DNA of 63,035 nt, the filler included, from Dugesia japonica (taxonomy: Eukaryota), in the NCBI GenBank assembly GCA_001938525.1. It is 6 parts of 6 records of this genome, joined end to end, with 100 filler letters (N's around TTAATTAATTAA, not from the genome) between each part and the next. Parts side by side here need not be neighbours in the genome. Positions count along the whole stretch, not along the records: positions 43,465 to 52,672 come from MQRL01604416.1; positions 52,773 to 63,035 come from MQRL01588871.1; 4 more parts are not named here. One strand, 5' to 3'. The notes under the pieces are model-generated. The model saw nothing but the letters and a program-made list of their open reading frames with translations. It made no database searches and was not told the origin of the DNA. The number at the start of each line of letters is the position of its first letter. Position 1 is the first letter of the stretch. Made by a program: the position numbers and the translations under genes. Below are positions 49,991 to 63,035 of the stretch, piece by piece.

Positions 49991-50697
49991 ATTTAGTGTG
50001 CTGGAATAAATTTCTAATAGATCTGTTAATCTCTCTTGTTCTCTCTTTTACGTGATGAACTTGTCCAAGTCATCTCTTTCGCAAAACCCTTTTGACACAA
50101 CTTTACATTTGTGTTTACCGCTTCTACCATATTAAAGGAAACGCTTGTTGACATTTGAATATTTAGATCATAAACACTAAATTTATTTAAATCCAAATGA
50201 AAAAGAAATAAAACTATTATTTAACAAACTTAGCTTTTTTTTAATTTTCGTTTTAAATTGTAAATTTTGGATAAAAAATTTTTTTATTTTTAATTTAAAT
50301 TTTTGTAAAAAACTTAAATAAACTTCAATTGTAAAAATTTTATAACTCTCCTAACAGTCACAAAATATTTTTAAATAAGATTATATGGTGAAATCACAAT
50401 TTTTGTCTTTCAAAGTTTAATTTTGCAACAAACATCATAATTCTTTAAAGGATATTGGTGACTAACTAGCAATTTAATGATCTTACATTAAATATTAACT
50501 TGATGTATCATGTATCAAACTTTATTTGCATATACTACTCGATCACTGTGACATACCCAAAATAACTTGTAATTCTTAATAACAGGGACATATTCGTTTT
50601 TCATAAATTACAAATAAGCAAAACAATTACAAAAATAAAAAATATTAATCGCTAAAATCTAGAAAAGAATAAATTTTATATAAAACTTCGATTACAA

Positions 50698-51784
50698 ATA
50701 GGGTTTATCCCCACATTTCAAATTTTTGTAAATCAATTTAAAATTATTTTTAAGTTTACAATTCCAGAAATGATTTCAAATGATATAAGAAGGATAATTG
50801 ATTCATATTTAAATGGCCTTTAAAAAAAATTTCTACAATAATCAATATTCCTTTATCAACAATATATTCAATTATTAACGTCTATTTACAAGATGGACGT
50901 GTTGAGAATAAGTTGAAGGATGGTACTAGGAAGAAAGCACTGAACGAAGAGAATATAGCAGCTCTTAAAAATTGTACAGATGAAGATGCCAGTATAACAC
51001 TTGCGGCATTGAGATAAAAGTTAATTTATGCATATAATGATTTTGTATCAATAAAAACAGTCTATAATTGTCTTAACGTTTTCGGTTATTCACTAAAAAA
51101 AATAACATTGATTCCGTCAAGAAGAAATTAAGAGCAATCACTAGAAACAAGGGCTACTAACGCCAGACGCTTCCNNNNNNNNNNNNNNNNNNNNNNNNNN
51201 NNNNNNNNNNNNNNNNNNNNNNNNNNNNNNNNNNNNNNNNNNNNNNNNNNNNNNNNNNNNNNNNNNNNNNNNNNNNNNNNNNNNNNNNNNNNNCCTTTTC
51301 TCAATCCTATTGAAAACTTGTTTTCGGAATGGAAAAGCAAGACCGACTAATGAATAAGAACTTTTTATATTGATTGAAAATGTTGATAACCACTGGAGGG
51401 CTATTATCGACATATGATTGGTTTTATATCTAGGTGCATAAATCGTGAAGCAATTACTGATAAATAAGAATAAATTGTGAACTAAATACTATATGTTTAT
51501 CTTTTATACTTGCATCTACATTGTATCTGTTTAATAAATTATTTGTGTTTCTGACTTCTTACATATTAATTTTTAATATCTATGTTTTAAAATAAATATG
51601 AGAAAACAATTTAAGTTGTATTTTTCGAAATTAGCATAACACTTTTTAATATATTTTAAATGTGCTTACAAAAATTTGAAATCATGATTCAAAAGTTTTA
51701 AATGAAAGTAAAAATTTTTGAAAAACAAGTAGAAAAATTCGAAATAAAGTAACAAAAATTTGAAATCTGAGTACAAATCCTGTA
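50698..51784 (+). mobile_element. Tc1/IS630-like DNA transposon remnant
   Basis: HTH region LSTIYSIINVYLQDGRVE...DEDASITLAALR; PFLNPIENLFSEWK; imperfect TIRs sharing ATTTCAAATTTTTGT. Confidence 0.75.
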
Positions 51785-52672
51785 ATTTAGCATTTAATAA
51801 TCCAAATCCCAATAATATTTTCCTCGTAATTTAATATATTCAGAAAATCGGTACACTAAATTTTAATTGATTTTTATTGACTTCACCAAGATATGTCTAC
51901 TAATTCAAAAGTAACCTCACGTTTCTTTGTTTTCAGTCAAATTTAAGGATCATTTGTGGATCATTTTACATAAGTTTCTACAAATTATTTCAAATTCATA
52001 TATTCATTTCAGAAATTCACATCAGTAAAACTAATTCAAATATTTTCAAGAAATGATTTCATTGTTTATGTAATAATTTATCAAGAAAAAAANNNNNNNN
52101 NNNNNNNNNNNNNNNATAATATCCTCACTTATGGAAATATTAAGATAAAAGTACTTTTTATTTATTAAAACCCTGCATACGAAAACTATTACCGCCTTCT
52201 AAATCATTCCAGCGTCACAGGGGGTGACAATACCTACATTAGGAAACAGTGGGTTAGCGCATCAGTTATTTTCTATTTACCTATTTTATTCATTATCAAT
52301 TTTAATTTCAATTAAATTTATTAATTTAGTTTGCTTTCTGGAACTTTATTTAATAATTCTGCTTTTGAATTTATAACTGCCTCAAAGTATTTAACTATTA
52401 TATCGGACTTATGTTCGAAAATACATGTTTAAATACAGATAGAAAGTGTGTAATAATGGAATTTTACAAATTATATATAAATTATAACACTGTATAAAAA
52501 TAAACTCACTTCGGAATTTAATAATAACATGGAGTGTAATTCCAAGTAAACAAAATATCAAACCAAGAATATTTATAGAGTTCATTTCATCTTTATTTAT
52601 TTTTACAGCCAGTCCAAGTAAAGTAATTTCCTAAATAAATATATTTATTTATTATTAAATATATTATATTTT

Positions 52673-52772
52673 NNNNNNNNNNNNNNNNNNNNNNNNNNNN
52701 NNNNNNNNNNNNNNNNTTAATTAATTAANNNNNNNNNNNNNNNNNNNNNNNNNNNNNNNNNNNNNNNNNNNN
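52673..52772. other. Artificial scaffold-joining spacer
   Basis: 44 N + TTAATTAATTAA + 44 N. Confidence 0.97.
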
Positions 52773-55150
52773 AAATTGGAAGATATTGTAAAACCAATTG
52801 GAAAATTAAAACAATTCATAAGATTAAATAAAAATTTATTGAATAAATATTATTATTGATAAATACTTTGCCTTATAATTTTGTAACTTGTTTTATTATA
52901 CTGTTTTTCAATTCAAAACAAGTTNNNNNNNNNNNNNNNNNNNNNNNNNNNNNNNNNNNNNNNNNNNNNNNNNNNNNNNNNNNATGACATTTGACAATTG
53001 AATTATTATATTTAAATATATTATTAAAGTAACAAAAATTCTTAAAGTATTTTTAATCTCTTTTCAGTTTACATTTATGTCGTTGTCTTAATGTATTTGC
53101 TAAAGTTTTTAGTTAATTTTCATTTGAACTTGATTTATTGATTCGGGACTAGAATAACGTAAGTCATCAGTGAATTCTTTTATTAATGTTTCTTTTTTCG
53201 TTCTTATAAAACTCATTTGCAACCGTTGATAACTCGAGTTTGTAAAATTCTGAGTATTACAAGACTATCCAGGAATTTAATCTGAATAAGAGCTTGTAGA
53301 CCACTTTGTTTTTTCTAATTTTATGACGATAAAGTATAATTTCATTATTTGATATTTCCTTCATTGCATCAATGAAAGGTTCAAGAGAGAATACATTTGC
53401 AATATAAAATAAGAATAAATTTGCGAAACAGAAAAGGTAATGATGAAAATGGCAACACCTAAACAAAAAGATTTTACTAGGCTTAATTATAAAAAATTGA
53501 CCCACCTAGATAAAACCCTAACACTAATAATTAATTTTATAAATGCCTTAGTAGGTATTTATATTTGTTTTTTGAATCTCGGATAAAAAATGAGATTTGC
53601 TAACTTTTTTCAGATTAGTTTTTCTTTACTCAATTAGGCATAGAGAAAAATAGTAAAGAGAGTAGGTATAAATTTGTTTAGTACTTGAAATCTATAGTTT
53701 GATCTTGAAAGACTAAGGCATTCAAACTGGAAGTTTATTCTAGTATTAATTAAACAAAAAATATAGACTAATGTTTAATATTGCTTGTATCCAATAAATA
53801 TCATTTCTAAATTGCCTTTAAATTTTAAAATACTTTAAAGTGTAGTATCTTTTACCCCTAATCTATTTGTATTGTATTATTATCATATATATATCTATAA
53901 AACTCTTCTTTTGAATAAATAGACCGTTTTAAAGAANTAAAGTTTCACTTAATTCTTTGATTTTTACAAAACGTAAAAATCTTTACAATATGTTGGCTTG
54001 GATTTTAAGAAACAAAGAATTTCGTTTAGTATAGAAAAATTACATATCAGTATCAGCCAGCACCCAACGTGGGCCGGAACCAGAAGTTTTTTAACTAGGT
54101 TCGAACTTTTGGCAACATTCCGCTTTAGCACATCCCAGTACATACTATACTTTCAAATTATTAACGCGTATTTTATGTATATTGAGGATTTAATAATGTT
54201 TTATAATTCGAAAATGTTTAGCTAACACGCAACTACTAGATCTTGCAAATGTTATATAAAAGATAAATGTTTTCGCAGATTGTTAATTTAATGCGCTATT
54301 TTTATATAGACAGCTGAGCGTTATACTAAAATACCAAAACGAATAAAAATAACAAGTCAAATAAATCAAGATGTCNGATTTTAAAAAATNATAGTTTTCA
54401 TAAAAGATTTAGTTTTAAAATTTGTTGTCAATTTGTTTTATTTATTAATTAAATATCAACTTTTACAGAGATTTTAGTGGATAATACTGACTAGACTATT
54501 CAATTGAATTTCTTTCAAAATAAAAATGAATAATTAGATTACCGTTATATTATTAAAAATTTCAAAAGAATTTCACGAAAAAGCTCTTAACCAAACTTCT
54601 ATGAAGAAAATTCACAAAATTCTCACTTAAATAATTTTTTTTTAATAGAAGCGCCCCACCCATTTTTTAATTAACAAAAAACTAAATTACTGGAGATAAT
54701 AAATTATTTTTTATTTAATTGAACAATTCTAAAATTTTATTTATTATTTGATTTTTATAAAAGCTTCATCAATTAGACCTGTCACATTTAAATGGTATTT
54801 ACAGTCGAAATAGANNNNNNNNNNNNNNNNNNNNNNNNNNNNNNNNNNNNNNNNNNNNNNNNNNNNNNNNNNNNNNNNNNNNNNNNNNNNNNNNNNNNNN
54901 NNNNNNNNNNNNNNNNNNNNNNNNNNNNNNNNNNNNNNNNNNNNNNNNNNNNNNNNNNNNNNNNNNNNNNNNNNNNNNNNNNNNNNNNNNNNNNNNNNNN
55001 NNNNNNNNNNNNNNNAGAACATTTCATTGAAATATACAATTGAAAATTTTAAAAAATATATTTAATTTTATTTTTGCTTTTTTCATTTTTTTGAAACTAA
55101 ATTTTTAAATAATTTTAATCAATATTTAATTTAAAATTTATTTGATCCAT

Positions 55151-56331
55151 TCAATGCGAATTACGAGTTAGCTGAAAATTTATTATACCCTTTTCTTCTA
55201 TTTCTAAAATAACCTTATTAATTTGATCTTTTAAATAAATAGGTTGTCGCCTAGGATTTACTACACCACCTTGTCCAGTAACAATTGTCCAGTAACAAAA
55301 CAGATGTCTCAGATAACATGGAGTCACAAAAACATTCATGCTACAAGGAATTGATACATGCAAATTTGTATGGATCAAATGCAAATTAAGAAGACCACTA
55401 CAGCCAGTTTATGAATGTCCGTATCTGAAATCTTGAAGAAATGACGATGCTAAGTGTTATATAAATCTAGATATTAAATAATAAGATATTTAACAAGTTA
55501 AATTTTTATTTCATAAAATAGCAATATTAAAACAAATCAAATTCATTTTAATATTTTGAATATTTAATTTTAAATATTCAATAATTTGAATTTAGATTTA
55601 TTTAAATATTATTATAATTTAAATATATCACATTCGTCAATCTGCTTTATCGATATTGAAGATTCGGATTCCTTGCCATTCTTTCTGGATAACGTCTTCT
55701 GATATCACTCTCAATTTGTCGGTCAGGTTGTAAGGCTGTTTTCTGTTTACTTCTTAATGATATTTGTGTGCTCCAGGACTTGTAGGAAAGTTCATCTCTC
55801 GGTATTTTTTTGATTTGGTTGTAACTGCGTTGAATTAAAGTGTTTCTATTTTCATCAAGCAAAGTGTAAGTCCATTCATTAATTTTCTTTATTACTTTAA
55901 ATGATCCAATATACCGCCTTTTAAAACCATTATGTGCATTGATTTTTATCAGAACTTTATCATCAATTTTAATTTCATCTCCATAAATATTTGTCATATT
56001 TATCTGCTGTAACTTCATTATGTTCTTCAATATTTTTTCTTAAATGACCATGAATATTCATAATATTTCTTTTTAATTGTTCTACACATTGATCAGAATT
56101 CTTTGTGATGTTCGTTTCCCTCCTTCCAGCATTCCACATATCGATTCTAGGTTTCCTCCCAAATACTATTTCATACGGAGTGTACTTAGTCGTTTTTTTT
56201 TGTGTTGTTGTTCGTAATCCATATTCTATTATTGGTAGCACCGTACTCCAATCTTGAATTCGCCTGTCTTCTAGTACTGCACTAATTATAGGTTTCACGG
56301 TTCTAAAAAATCTTTCTACTACAATTCCAAG
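55151..56331 (-). mobile_element. Gypsy integrase C-terminus with a short 3' LTR (~55455-55632), plus an adjacent pre-RT fragment
   Basis: VERFFRTVK...WSTVLPIIEYGLRTT...YTPYEIVFGR, RRYIGSFKVIKKINEWTY; TGT...ACA segment after the stop; PRRQPIYLKDQINKVILEIEEKGII at 55151-55290. Confidence 0.82.
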
Positions 56332-56558
56332 GTGAAACAATTTATAAATCATAGATCCATAAATCATTATAGTGTATTCTCTCATTATAAAGCTGCACAT
56401 GTAGAGAGATTTAATCGTATATTAAAAGATGCATTGAAAAGATACTTTTTACATTTTGGTAATAAGAATTGGATTAAAATTCGAATTGAAAAGATACTTT
56501 TTACATGTTGGTAATAAGAATTGGATTAAAATATGCATTGAAAAGATACTTTTTACAT
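56332..56558 (+). mobile_element. Polinton/Maverick-type integrase fragment ending in a ~50-bp tandem repeat
   Basis: INHYSVFSHYKAAHVERFNRILKDALKRYFLHFGNKNWI fits the Polinton c-integrase pattern (HYS..KA..VERFNRTLK...YF...W); ATTGAAAAGATACTTTTTACAT is repeated three times. Confidence 0.7.
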
Positions 56559-56759
56559 NNNNNNNNNNNNNNNNNNNNNNNNNNNNNNNNNNNNNNNNNN
56601 NNNNNNNNNNNNNNNNNNNNNNNNNNNNNNNNNNNNNNNNNNNNNNNNNNNNNNNNNNNNNNNNNNNNNNNNNNNNNNNNNNNNNNNNNNNNNNNNNNNN
56701 NNNNNNNNNNNNNNNNNNNNNNNNNNNNNNNNNNNNNNNNNNNNNNNNNNNGTATTTTT

Positions 56760-58950
56760 ATTCACTTCTTGTTTAAAGTTCACAGTTTTTATTAATATAA
56801 TTCAGAATTTTTAATTGGATAATAAGTTTAGATAAAGCATCAATTCTTGCAATAACATTGGAAGAAATATTTTCTGCAACATAAAACTTAATATATTCTG
56901 TTTGATTATTAAGTGTAATTTTTAATTTAATACTTCCTATTATTTTTAGTTGACTTTCATTAGCACAAGTAACATTAATATATTCACTTTTAATTTTAGG
57001 AATATTTCATTTTAAAAATATTAAAATATAAAAAGTAAACAATCAACATGTAATTAATTATTTAATTTTAACTTTAAACAAGGCAGGGCTGGCCTTAGGC
57101 AATTGGAGGCCCTAAGCGAAGTGAATTTGGTGGCCCCAAAAAAAATAGAAAAATAAAAAATAATCACGAAAAAAATAAAATTACGCAGTTTATTAAAAAC
57201 TATCTGTATTTATATCTAAATCAACAAATAACAGAAATTTATACAAACATATTCGTGCAGATGTCATAAACCTTCAACAAAAATAAATTTTTCGTGCTTT
57301 GATTGTAGCAAAGTCTTCAATAAATTGTGAATAATCTAGAGATTGGACGATATCTCGTTCGATAAATATCATTGACAGACTGTTCAGACGTTTTTGTGTT
57401 ATAGTAGTTCTCAAAAGGTTTTTTATTAATTTCAACTTTGAAAAACTTTTTTCCCCTTTTGTTACTAATGCATACTGCACCTTTATGTCTAGGGCGTCAC
57501 TATTCCTTCATTTTTCATAATGTTTGATACTTCGTTGGTCAATCTTGTGAAAATGTGTCTGGACAAATTAATTTTCATTTAAAAATATAACTTTTTAAAC
57601 ATGCACTATTTAAAAATAATCAGCGAGTAAAGGTATTTCACTGATTGGGTAGTTGTTTTGACTTTGGTCATAGTTTGCTATTTAAATATATAACATTTTT
57701 TTCTTATGATTCCTGTGCGAGCCTCTCACCAATTAGAGGCCCTGGGCGGTTGCATAGTTTGCCTATGCCTAAGGCCAGCCCTAATTCCTAACATTTTATT
57801 ATACAGAATCTTATCTTCATAGTTATTTATTAAATTTACATTATTTAAATTTTTATTTAAAACTGAAACATCATTAGAAATTAAAATTTTATCTATAAAA
57901 TATTCATGTTTATATTCTAAAGTTTTGTTTAATAAATCATCAATCAACAAATATTTACATTCATTTGAGCAAATTTAATCATTCAATTTTGTTATAATTT
58001 TCATTATTTACATCAAAAAAACATTCACAAGCGTTTATATCACATACATTAGTCTTCAAAACATTATTATCTAATCTAGATTTATAGCTCCAACTTAATT
58101 CTCTCTCATCAGAGCTTTGGCATTTACCGAATTCTATTCTTGATCTTCTCCATCATTGGAACAGGTATCATCATGATCATCATAGGCATTCATTTGAAAT
58201 CCTCGTGGCTTGCTATACATTTGCATTTTTTCTACTCTCAAAGAATTAATTTCATGGCATTGAAATCGGAGATGTTCTGGATTCTTACAATGAAAACTTT
58301 TAACATTAGGACATTGTGAGTGTATGTGACCTTCTTCTCTGCATGCCCAATATTTTCATAATTTCTTCTTGTAAAATTTACGATACTTATTCAATATATC
58401 TTGGAATCATATTTCTCCTCATAATTTTTACTTTAATTTAAATTTCTATTGAATCTTGGTTTATTAAATCTATTATTTGAATTTGGAATTTTATGTGCTA
58501 CTGTTACATATACAACATTATTTTTTAAAACTGATATGCTATATTCTGGTTTTATCGTTCATTGAATTTTGTAAAAGGAATTTGACGAGTTTTTCTTTCG
58601 TTAACTGGTGACGCAAAATATAATCTGCTAATTTTTCAACTTATGAAAAAAATGAAATTGAGAATTCATTTCGTCTACTATATTTCAAGGCATTAATTAG
58701 ATCTTTACCAAGGTCTGCAGGCTCTGAAAATGCTTTACTACATTTTGTTTCGTAATCTTTAATCTTTGAACTGCCTGCTTTATATAATTTGACTGCGTCT
58801 GTTGTCATAAAAGCTTGTATAATTATTTTCTTTAACTGATTCGAAGTCATGGAAATTTCAAAAAATCTGTTTGCTTCTTTAATAAATTCTTCAAAATTTC
58901 CTCCAATCTCGAAAATCTTGGATGTTAGAATTCACGAGTTCAGGATTAGA
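56760..58950 (-). mobile_element. Degenerate Gypsy gag-protease
   Basis: Double zinc-knuckle remnant WACREEGHIHSQCPNVKSFHCKNPEHLRFQC; protease NVTCANESQLKIIGSIKLKITLNN...FYVAENISSNVI; lies downstream of a 5' LTR/PBS. Confidence 0.8.
57084..57783 (-). mobile_element. Non-autonomous hAT element retaining the C-terminal dimerisation domain
   Basis: TIRs CAGGGCTGGCCTTAGGCA / TGCCTAAGGCCAGCCCTA; GEKSFSKLKLIKNLLRTTITQKRLNSLSMIFIE (hATC). No clean TSD. Confidence 0.88.
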
Positions 58951-59194
58951 GTGGTTGCCATGTTAGACTTGGAAAATTAATTAAGCATAAAATATATATT
59001 CTAAACACAAAATGACATTGTAACAAATATATATAGCTTTTGAGGAATCAGTTATGCAATAATTTCTGAGTACTAAAATCATACACACATTCAAACAGTC
59101 AATCACGCAATCACCTATTATCACATACATATATCAATTTACTTATATAAATGTCAATATGAAAATATTATATTATTCTTAGTCATATCTCACA
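58951..59194 (-). mobile_element. Gypsy 5' LTR (59194-58961) plus PBS-like TGGCAACCAC (58960-58951)
   Basis: TG...CA ends, homologous to 13250-13495, followed directly by TGG and gag. Confidence 0.82.
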
Positions 59195-59229
59195 AACTTT
59201 AAAGATGGTCTTCTGGACATTTTATGATA

Positions 59230-60950
59230 TACAATCTTATCTTCACAATTATTTATTAAATTTACATTATATAAATCCTTATTTAAAACTAAAACATCAT
59301 AAGCAATTAAAATATTAACTAAACAAAATTATTTTATATTCTATAGTTTTTTATAATTACAATTATTGAGAGAATAATTGTTGGACTTAACTATCATTAA
59401 AATAAAGAATAAGCTACGATTAAAATAAAATGTATTTTTATAGAAATTCAAGTGTTTTGCACTTGTCCTCTTCAGGAATGATGACAAAACAAATAAATAG
59501 ATAGCTTTGCCTGAACATACATACAAAGATTTCTTCTCTGAACATCTGAATAATTATGTAACCTAAGATTAATGTGATTTTCAGTAATTACAATAATAAA
59601 AATTTTTTTAAAAAAAATAAGTGTCAGTATCAATACCAATAGATTAAATTTTAAAATCTTTTAGTAAAAAACTAAATAATATTGATAAAAAATTTTTAAT
59701 ATGAAATGACAGAAGCTTTTCAATGTTTATTAAAAGTTGATAGAAAAATAATTTTATTTTAATATTTTAATGTTTTAATATTTTAATATATTTGTTTTTT
59801 TAAGCATTTGAGAGATTTTTAATTCAATTTAATGTAAAAAGATTTTTTTGAGATTTAATTTAAAATAAAAAAATTTATAATTTAAATAAAGCAATAAAAT
59901 TTTGATAAAATATAAAGCATTTTTAACAAAGATCTATTATCGTTTTGAATCTATCAAAAAGTCATCATTCTTAAAGAGTTCAAGTCCAGAACATTTGAAT
60001 TTTTATAAAAATATATTTGTTTTTAATCGAAGCTTTTTCTTTATTTTAATGGAATTCTATAGTTTTGTTAAATAAATCATCTATCAACAAATATTTACAT
60101 TTATTTGAGCAAAATTAATCATTCAATGTTTTATAATTTTCATTATTCCCATCAAACAAACATTCATATCACATACATTAGTACTCAGAACATTATTATC
60201 TAACCTAAATTTATTGCTCCAACTTCATCCTCTCTCATCAGAGCTTTGACATTTCCCGAATTATTTTCTTGATCCATCACTGGGACAGGTATCATCATGA
60301 TCATGATAGGCATTCATTTGAAATCCTCGTTATTTTTTAATTTGCCCTCTTTCTTCTCTCAAAGGATTAATTTCATTTCATTGAAATCTGAATTGTCGTG
60401 GATTTTTACAAAGCGAGCATTTAATATTATGACCTTGTGAGTGTATATGACCTTCTTCTCTACATGCCTAACATTTTCTCACTCTGAAAGTCTGAACATT
60501 GAATTCATAACTTCTCGTCGTAAAATTTCCCATATTTTTTCGATATAATTTAGAAACAATTTTCTGATCATAATTTTTACTTTGATTTAAGTTTCTGTTG
60601 AATCTTGGTTTATTAAATTTATTATTTGAATTTGAATTTCATGCACTACTGTTGCATAAGTAAATTTTTTCATCTATGCCGATATTCCATATTTTTGTTT
60701 CATTTCTTTTTTTAATCGATCAATTTTAATAATAAGTTCTTTAATTTGTTCAACATCTTTTATGTCTTGCATTTTAATTTTCTTTTTAACTTCTTTATCA
60801 CCCATTGAATTTTGTACAAGGAATATGCTTAGTTTTTCCTTCATTAACTGGTGACGCAGAATATTATTTGCTAATTAATTAACTTTTGAAAAATTAAATA
60901 GAAAATTCATTAACATTTCAATATTTTAAGGCATTAATTAAATCTATAGC
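59230..60950 (-). mobile_element. Second, diverged copy of the same Gypsy gag, interrupted at 59351-60053
   Basis: 60060-60950 aligns by eye with 57915-58700, and 59230-59340 with 57805-57915. Confidence 0.8.
59351..60053. mobile_element. Insertion with ~95-bp inverted arms and a 13-bp flanking direct repeat (foldback/Mutator-like?)
   Basis: ATTCTATAGTTTT at 59338-59350 and 60054-60066; 59395-59485 is inverted-homologous to 59961-60051. Confidence 0.6.
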
Positions 60951-60959
60951 AGTTCTATG

Positions 60960-62480
60960 AAAGATGTTTAGAACAAGTCATTGCTTATGGGTGACATGGA
61001 ATGTCAGCTCATGAAAAAGGATATTTTATAACAAGAAAGGTATTATTGGTTATTTACTATTTTTGTAACCATTTTAAACGTTTTTTGTATGGAAAAATAT
61101 TTTTGGTGAGAACAGATCACAAGGCGATAGCATTTATGAAAAAGACAAACAAACAAATTACTCCACAATTTCAGGCTTGGATGAATTTTCATAAAAGCCT
61201 AGATATGGTATTGGAATTTAGACAAGGTACGAAACACACGAATGCAGATATGCTGTCGAGAATGAATTGAACGCTTAACATATCATGAGAATCCAAAGGA
61301 AGGAAAAAATAGGACAAGAACAATTAATGGTATATGTGAGCGGTTTTGAAAAGCAAGTTGAAATTGTTGTGTGATTGGTGATCTTATTTTTAAAATATTT
61401 TGTTTAAAAGAGAGATTTAAATTATTGACGAAAAATTTTAATAAACAAATATTTGGTTTAAGGATAAATTAAAATTATTGAAATAAATAAAATATTTNNN
61501 NNNNNNNNNNNNNNNNNNNNNNNNNNNNNNNNNNNNNNNNNNNNNNNNNNNNNNNNNNNNNNNNNNNNNNNNNNNNNNNNNNNNNNNNNNNNNAAACACG
61601 GGATTTTAATTTGTTTGATTAACAAATATTGTTGGTTATAGTTTTTTATATTAATAAATCGTTGTAATTAATTTGAATTCTGCTGTTAATGATTCGATGA
61701 GTTTCAAAACCCAACTAACAGTATATAAGGCTCAGATACATATAAATTGCAAAGTAACGTAGAAGAAATTGAACAGATAAAGAATGATATATAAAATGGA
61801 ACATGTAAAAAGTTTCGATTAAAAGAAGATATAATAAATACAAAAGACGGCAAAATATGGATCCAATCATAAAGTAAATTTCAAATGGTAAAAGAAAGGC
61901 ATAATTTATTGGTGCACGCAGGCACGGAAAAAGTGATAAATTATTTACAAAATGAATATGGTATGGAAGATTTGAGAGAAACTGTGTCAAAAGTAATAAA
62001 AGAATGTACAGCGTGCCAAATTAACAAAGTAACAACAGTTAGAACAAAGGAGAAAAGTATAAAATTAAAGACTAATGAACCATTTGAGAGTATTTATATT
62101 GATATCTGATAAAAGATAAAAAGAATAAAAGTTGGGCAGAGTTAATATCAGAAATTGAATATACACTAAATGCAACAAGCCAGGAGACTTTGGGGATAAG
62201 TCCAACAGAAGTGATATTCAGTAAGAAAATACATAGAGAAAGATGGTTCAATAATGGAGATAAGAATGAAGAATCCGGAGAGTTGACACCAACAAAGAGA
62301 CATTTTTCAAGTTGGAGACAATGTGCTAATCAATGCAGAAAACAGATAAAAAGACAAAGAAGTATAAATAGGTCCATACGAGGTGATAAAACAGATTCCT
62401 GAAAGAAGATACTTGCTGAAGAGTTCAGAAGACAAAATGATTGAAAGAAATGTGAAAATGATTAAAAAACATTTTAATAG
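60960..62480 (+). mobile_element. Degenerate Gypsy RNase H and integrase
   Basis: EKGYFITRKVLL...FLVRTDHKAI...HTNADMLSR; HNLLVHAG...CTACQINK (HHCC); PFESIYIDI; GISPTEVIF. Confidence 0.9.
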
Positions 62481-63035
62481 GCACTTTAAGAATCATTCAT
62501 AGATTTAAATATCTGAGAGAAGTTTTGAAATATTTTATGAAATTATTATGTAAAGTGAAAGATTTCATGAAATATTTTTAGAATATTTACTGACATCATT
62601 ATGTAAATTAAAATATTTTTTAAAAAATAAAACTTTTTTTTTAAATATTTATTATTTATTATTATTTATTTAAATATTTTTTAAATATTTAATTGAAAAA
62701 TTTCTCAGATTATTTGTTTGAATACTATGAATTATCATTTTTTTATTTTAAATACAATACATTTTTTTTAATAATAAATACAAATTTATGGAGAGTTGTT
62801 GAGGTTTTGAATTTACGCAATATATATACATATAATACTGTAAATAAATTATTTTAAAAAATACAAAATCGATTTGAATAGTGAAACAAACAGTTGATTC
62901 GGGATAAGGTGTATTGTTAATAATGGATGTATCTATAAGAAAAACATAGTTTGATAATAAATATAAATATTTAATTTAAAGTAAAGTCTAAACACCACAA
63001 ATCATTGGGAATAATGTGAAATTATTTTTGTAGAT

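Noticed and set aside
53257-53505. Possible host exon (82-aa ORF after a TAG acceptor)
   Set aside because: No recognisable motif or consistent partner exons; cannot be supported.
56430-56795. CRISPR-like repeat or repeat-protein ORFs
   Set aside because: A simple tandem duplication of an integrase segment running into an N gap.

Overview
Very AT-rich eukaryotic (animal) genomic DNA, not prokaryotic. It is most consistent with a flatworm/planarian-like genome (40-49 nt GT-AG introns, dense Ty3/Gypsy debris), but the taxon is an inference. The window is not contiguous: five identical 100-nt spacers (44 N + TTAATTAATTAA + 44 N) join six ~9-12 kb scaffolds (1-11019, 11120-21644, 21745-30981, 31082-43364, 43465-52672, 52773-63035). 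Host genes reconstructed by hand: hnRNP L (4 exons, ~546 aa), NDUFS6 (3 exons, missed by the ORF track), a PKN-type tandem-HR1 gene that may lack a kinase domain, a secreted PAN/apple protein, a single-exon ankyrin-like protein and a large orphan terminal exon. The rest is nested transposon debris (Gypsy, hAT, pogo, Tc1/mariner, Merlin, Polinton-like, possibly Penelope). Best candidate for something new: scaffold 1 looks like the decayed accessory region of a large LTR retrotransposon carrying a compact RNF10/Mag2-like RING E3 ligase gene, upstream of a 1.25-kb LTR flanked by both a PPT and a PBS. Second: three AGTAG-starting Polinton-like termini. All family assignments come from manual translation and motif recognition; no searches were run.
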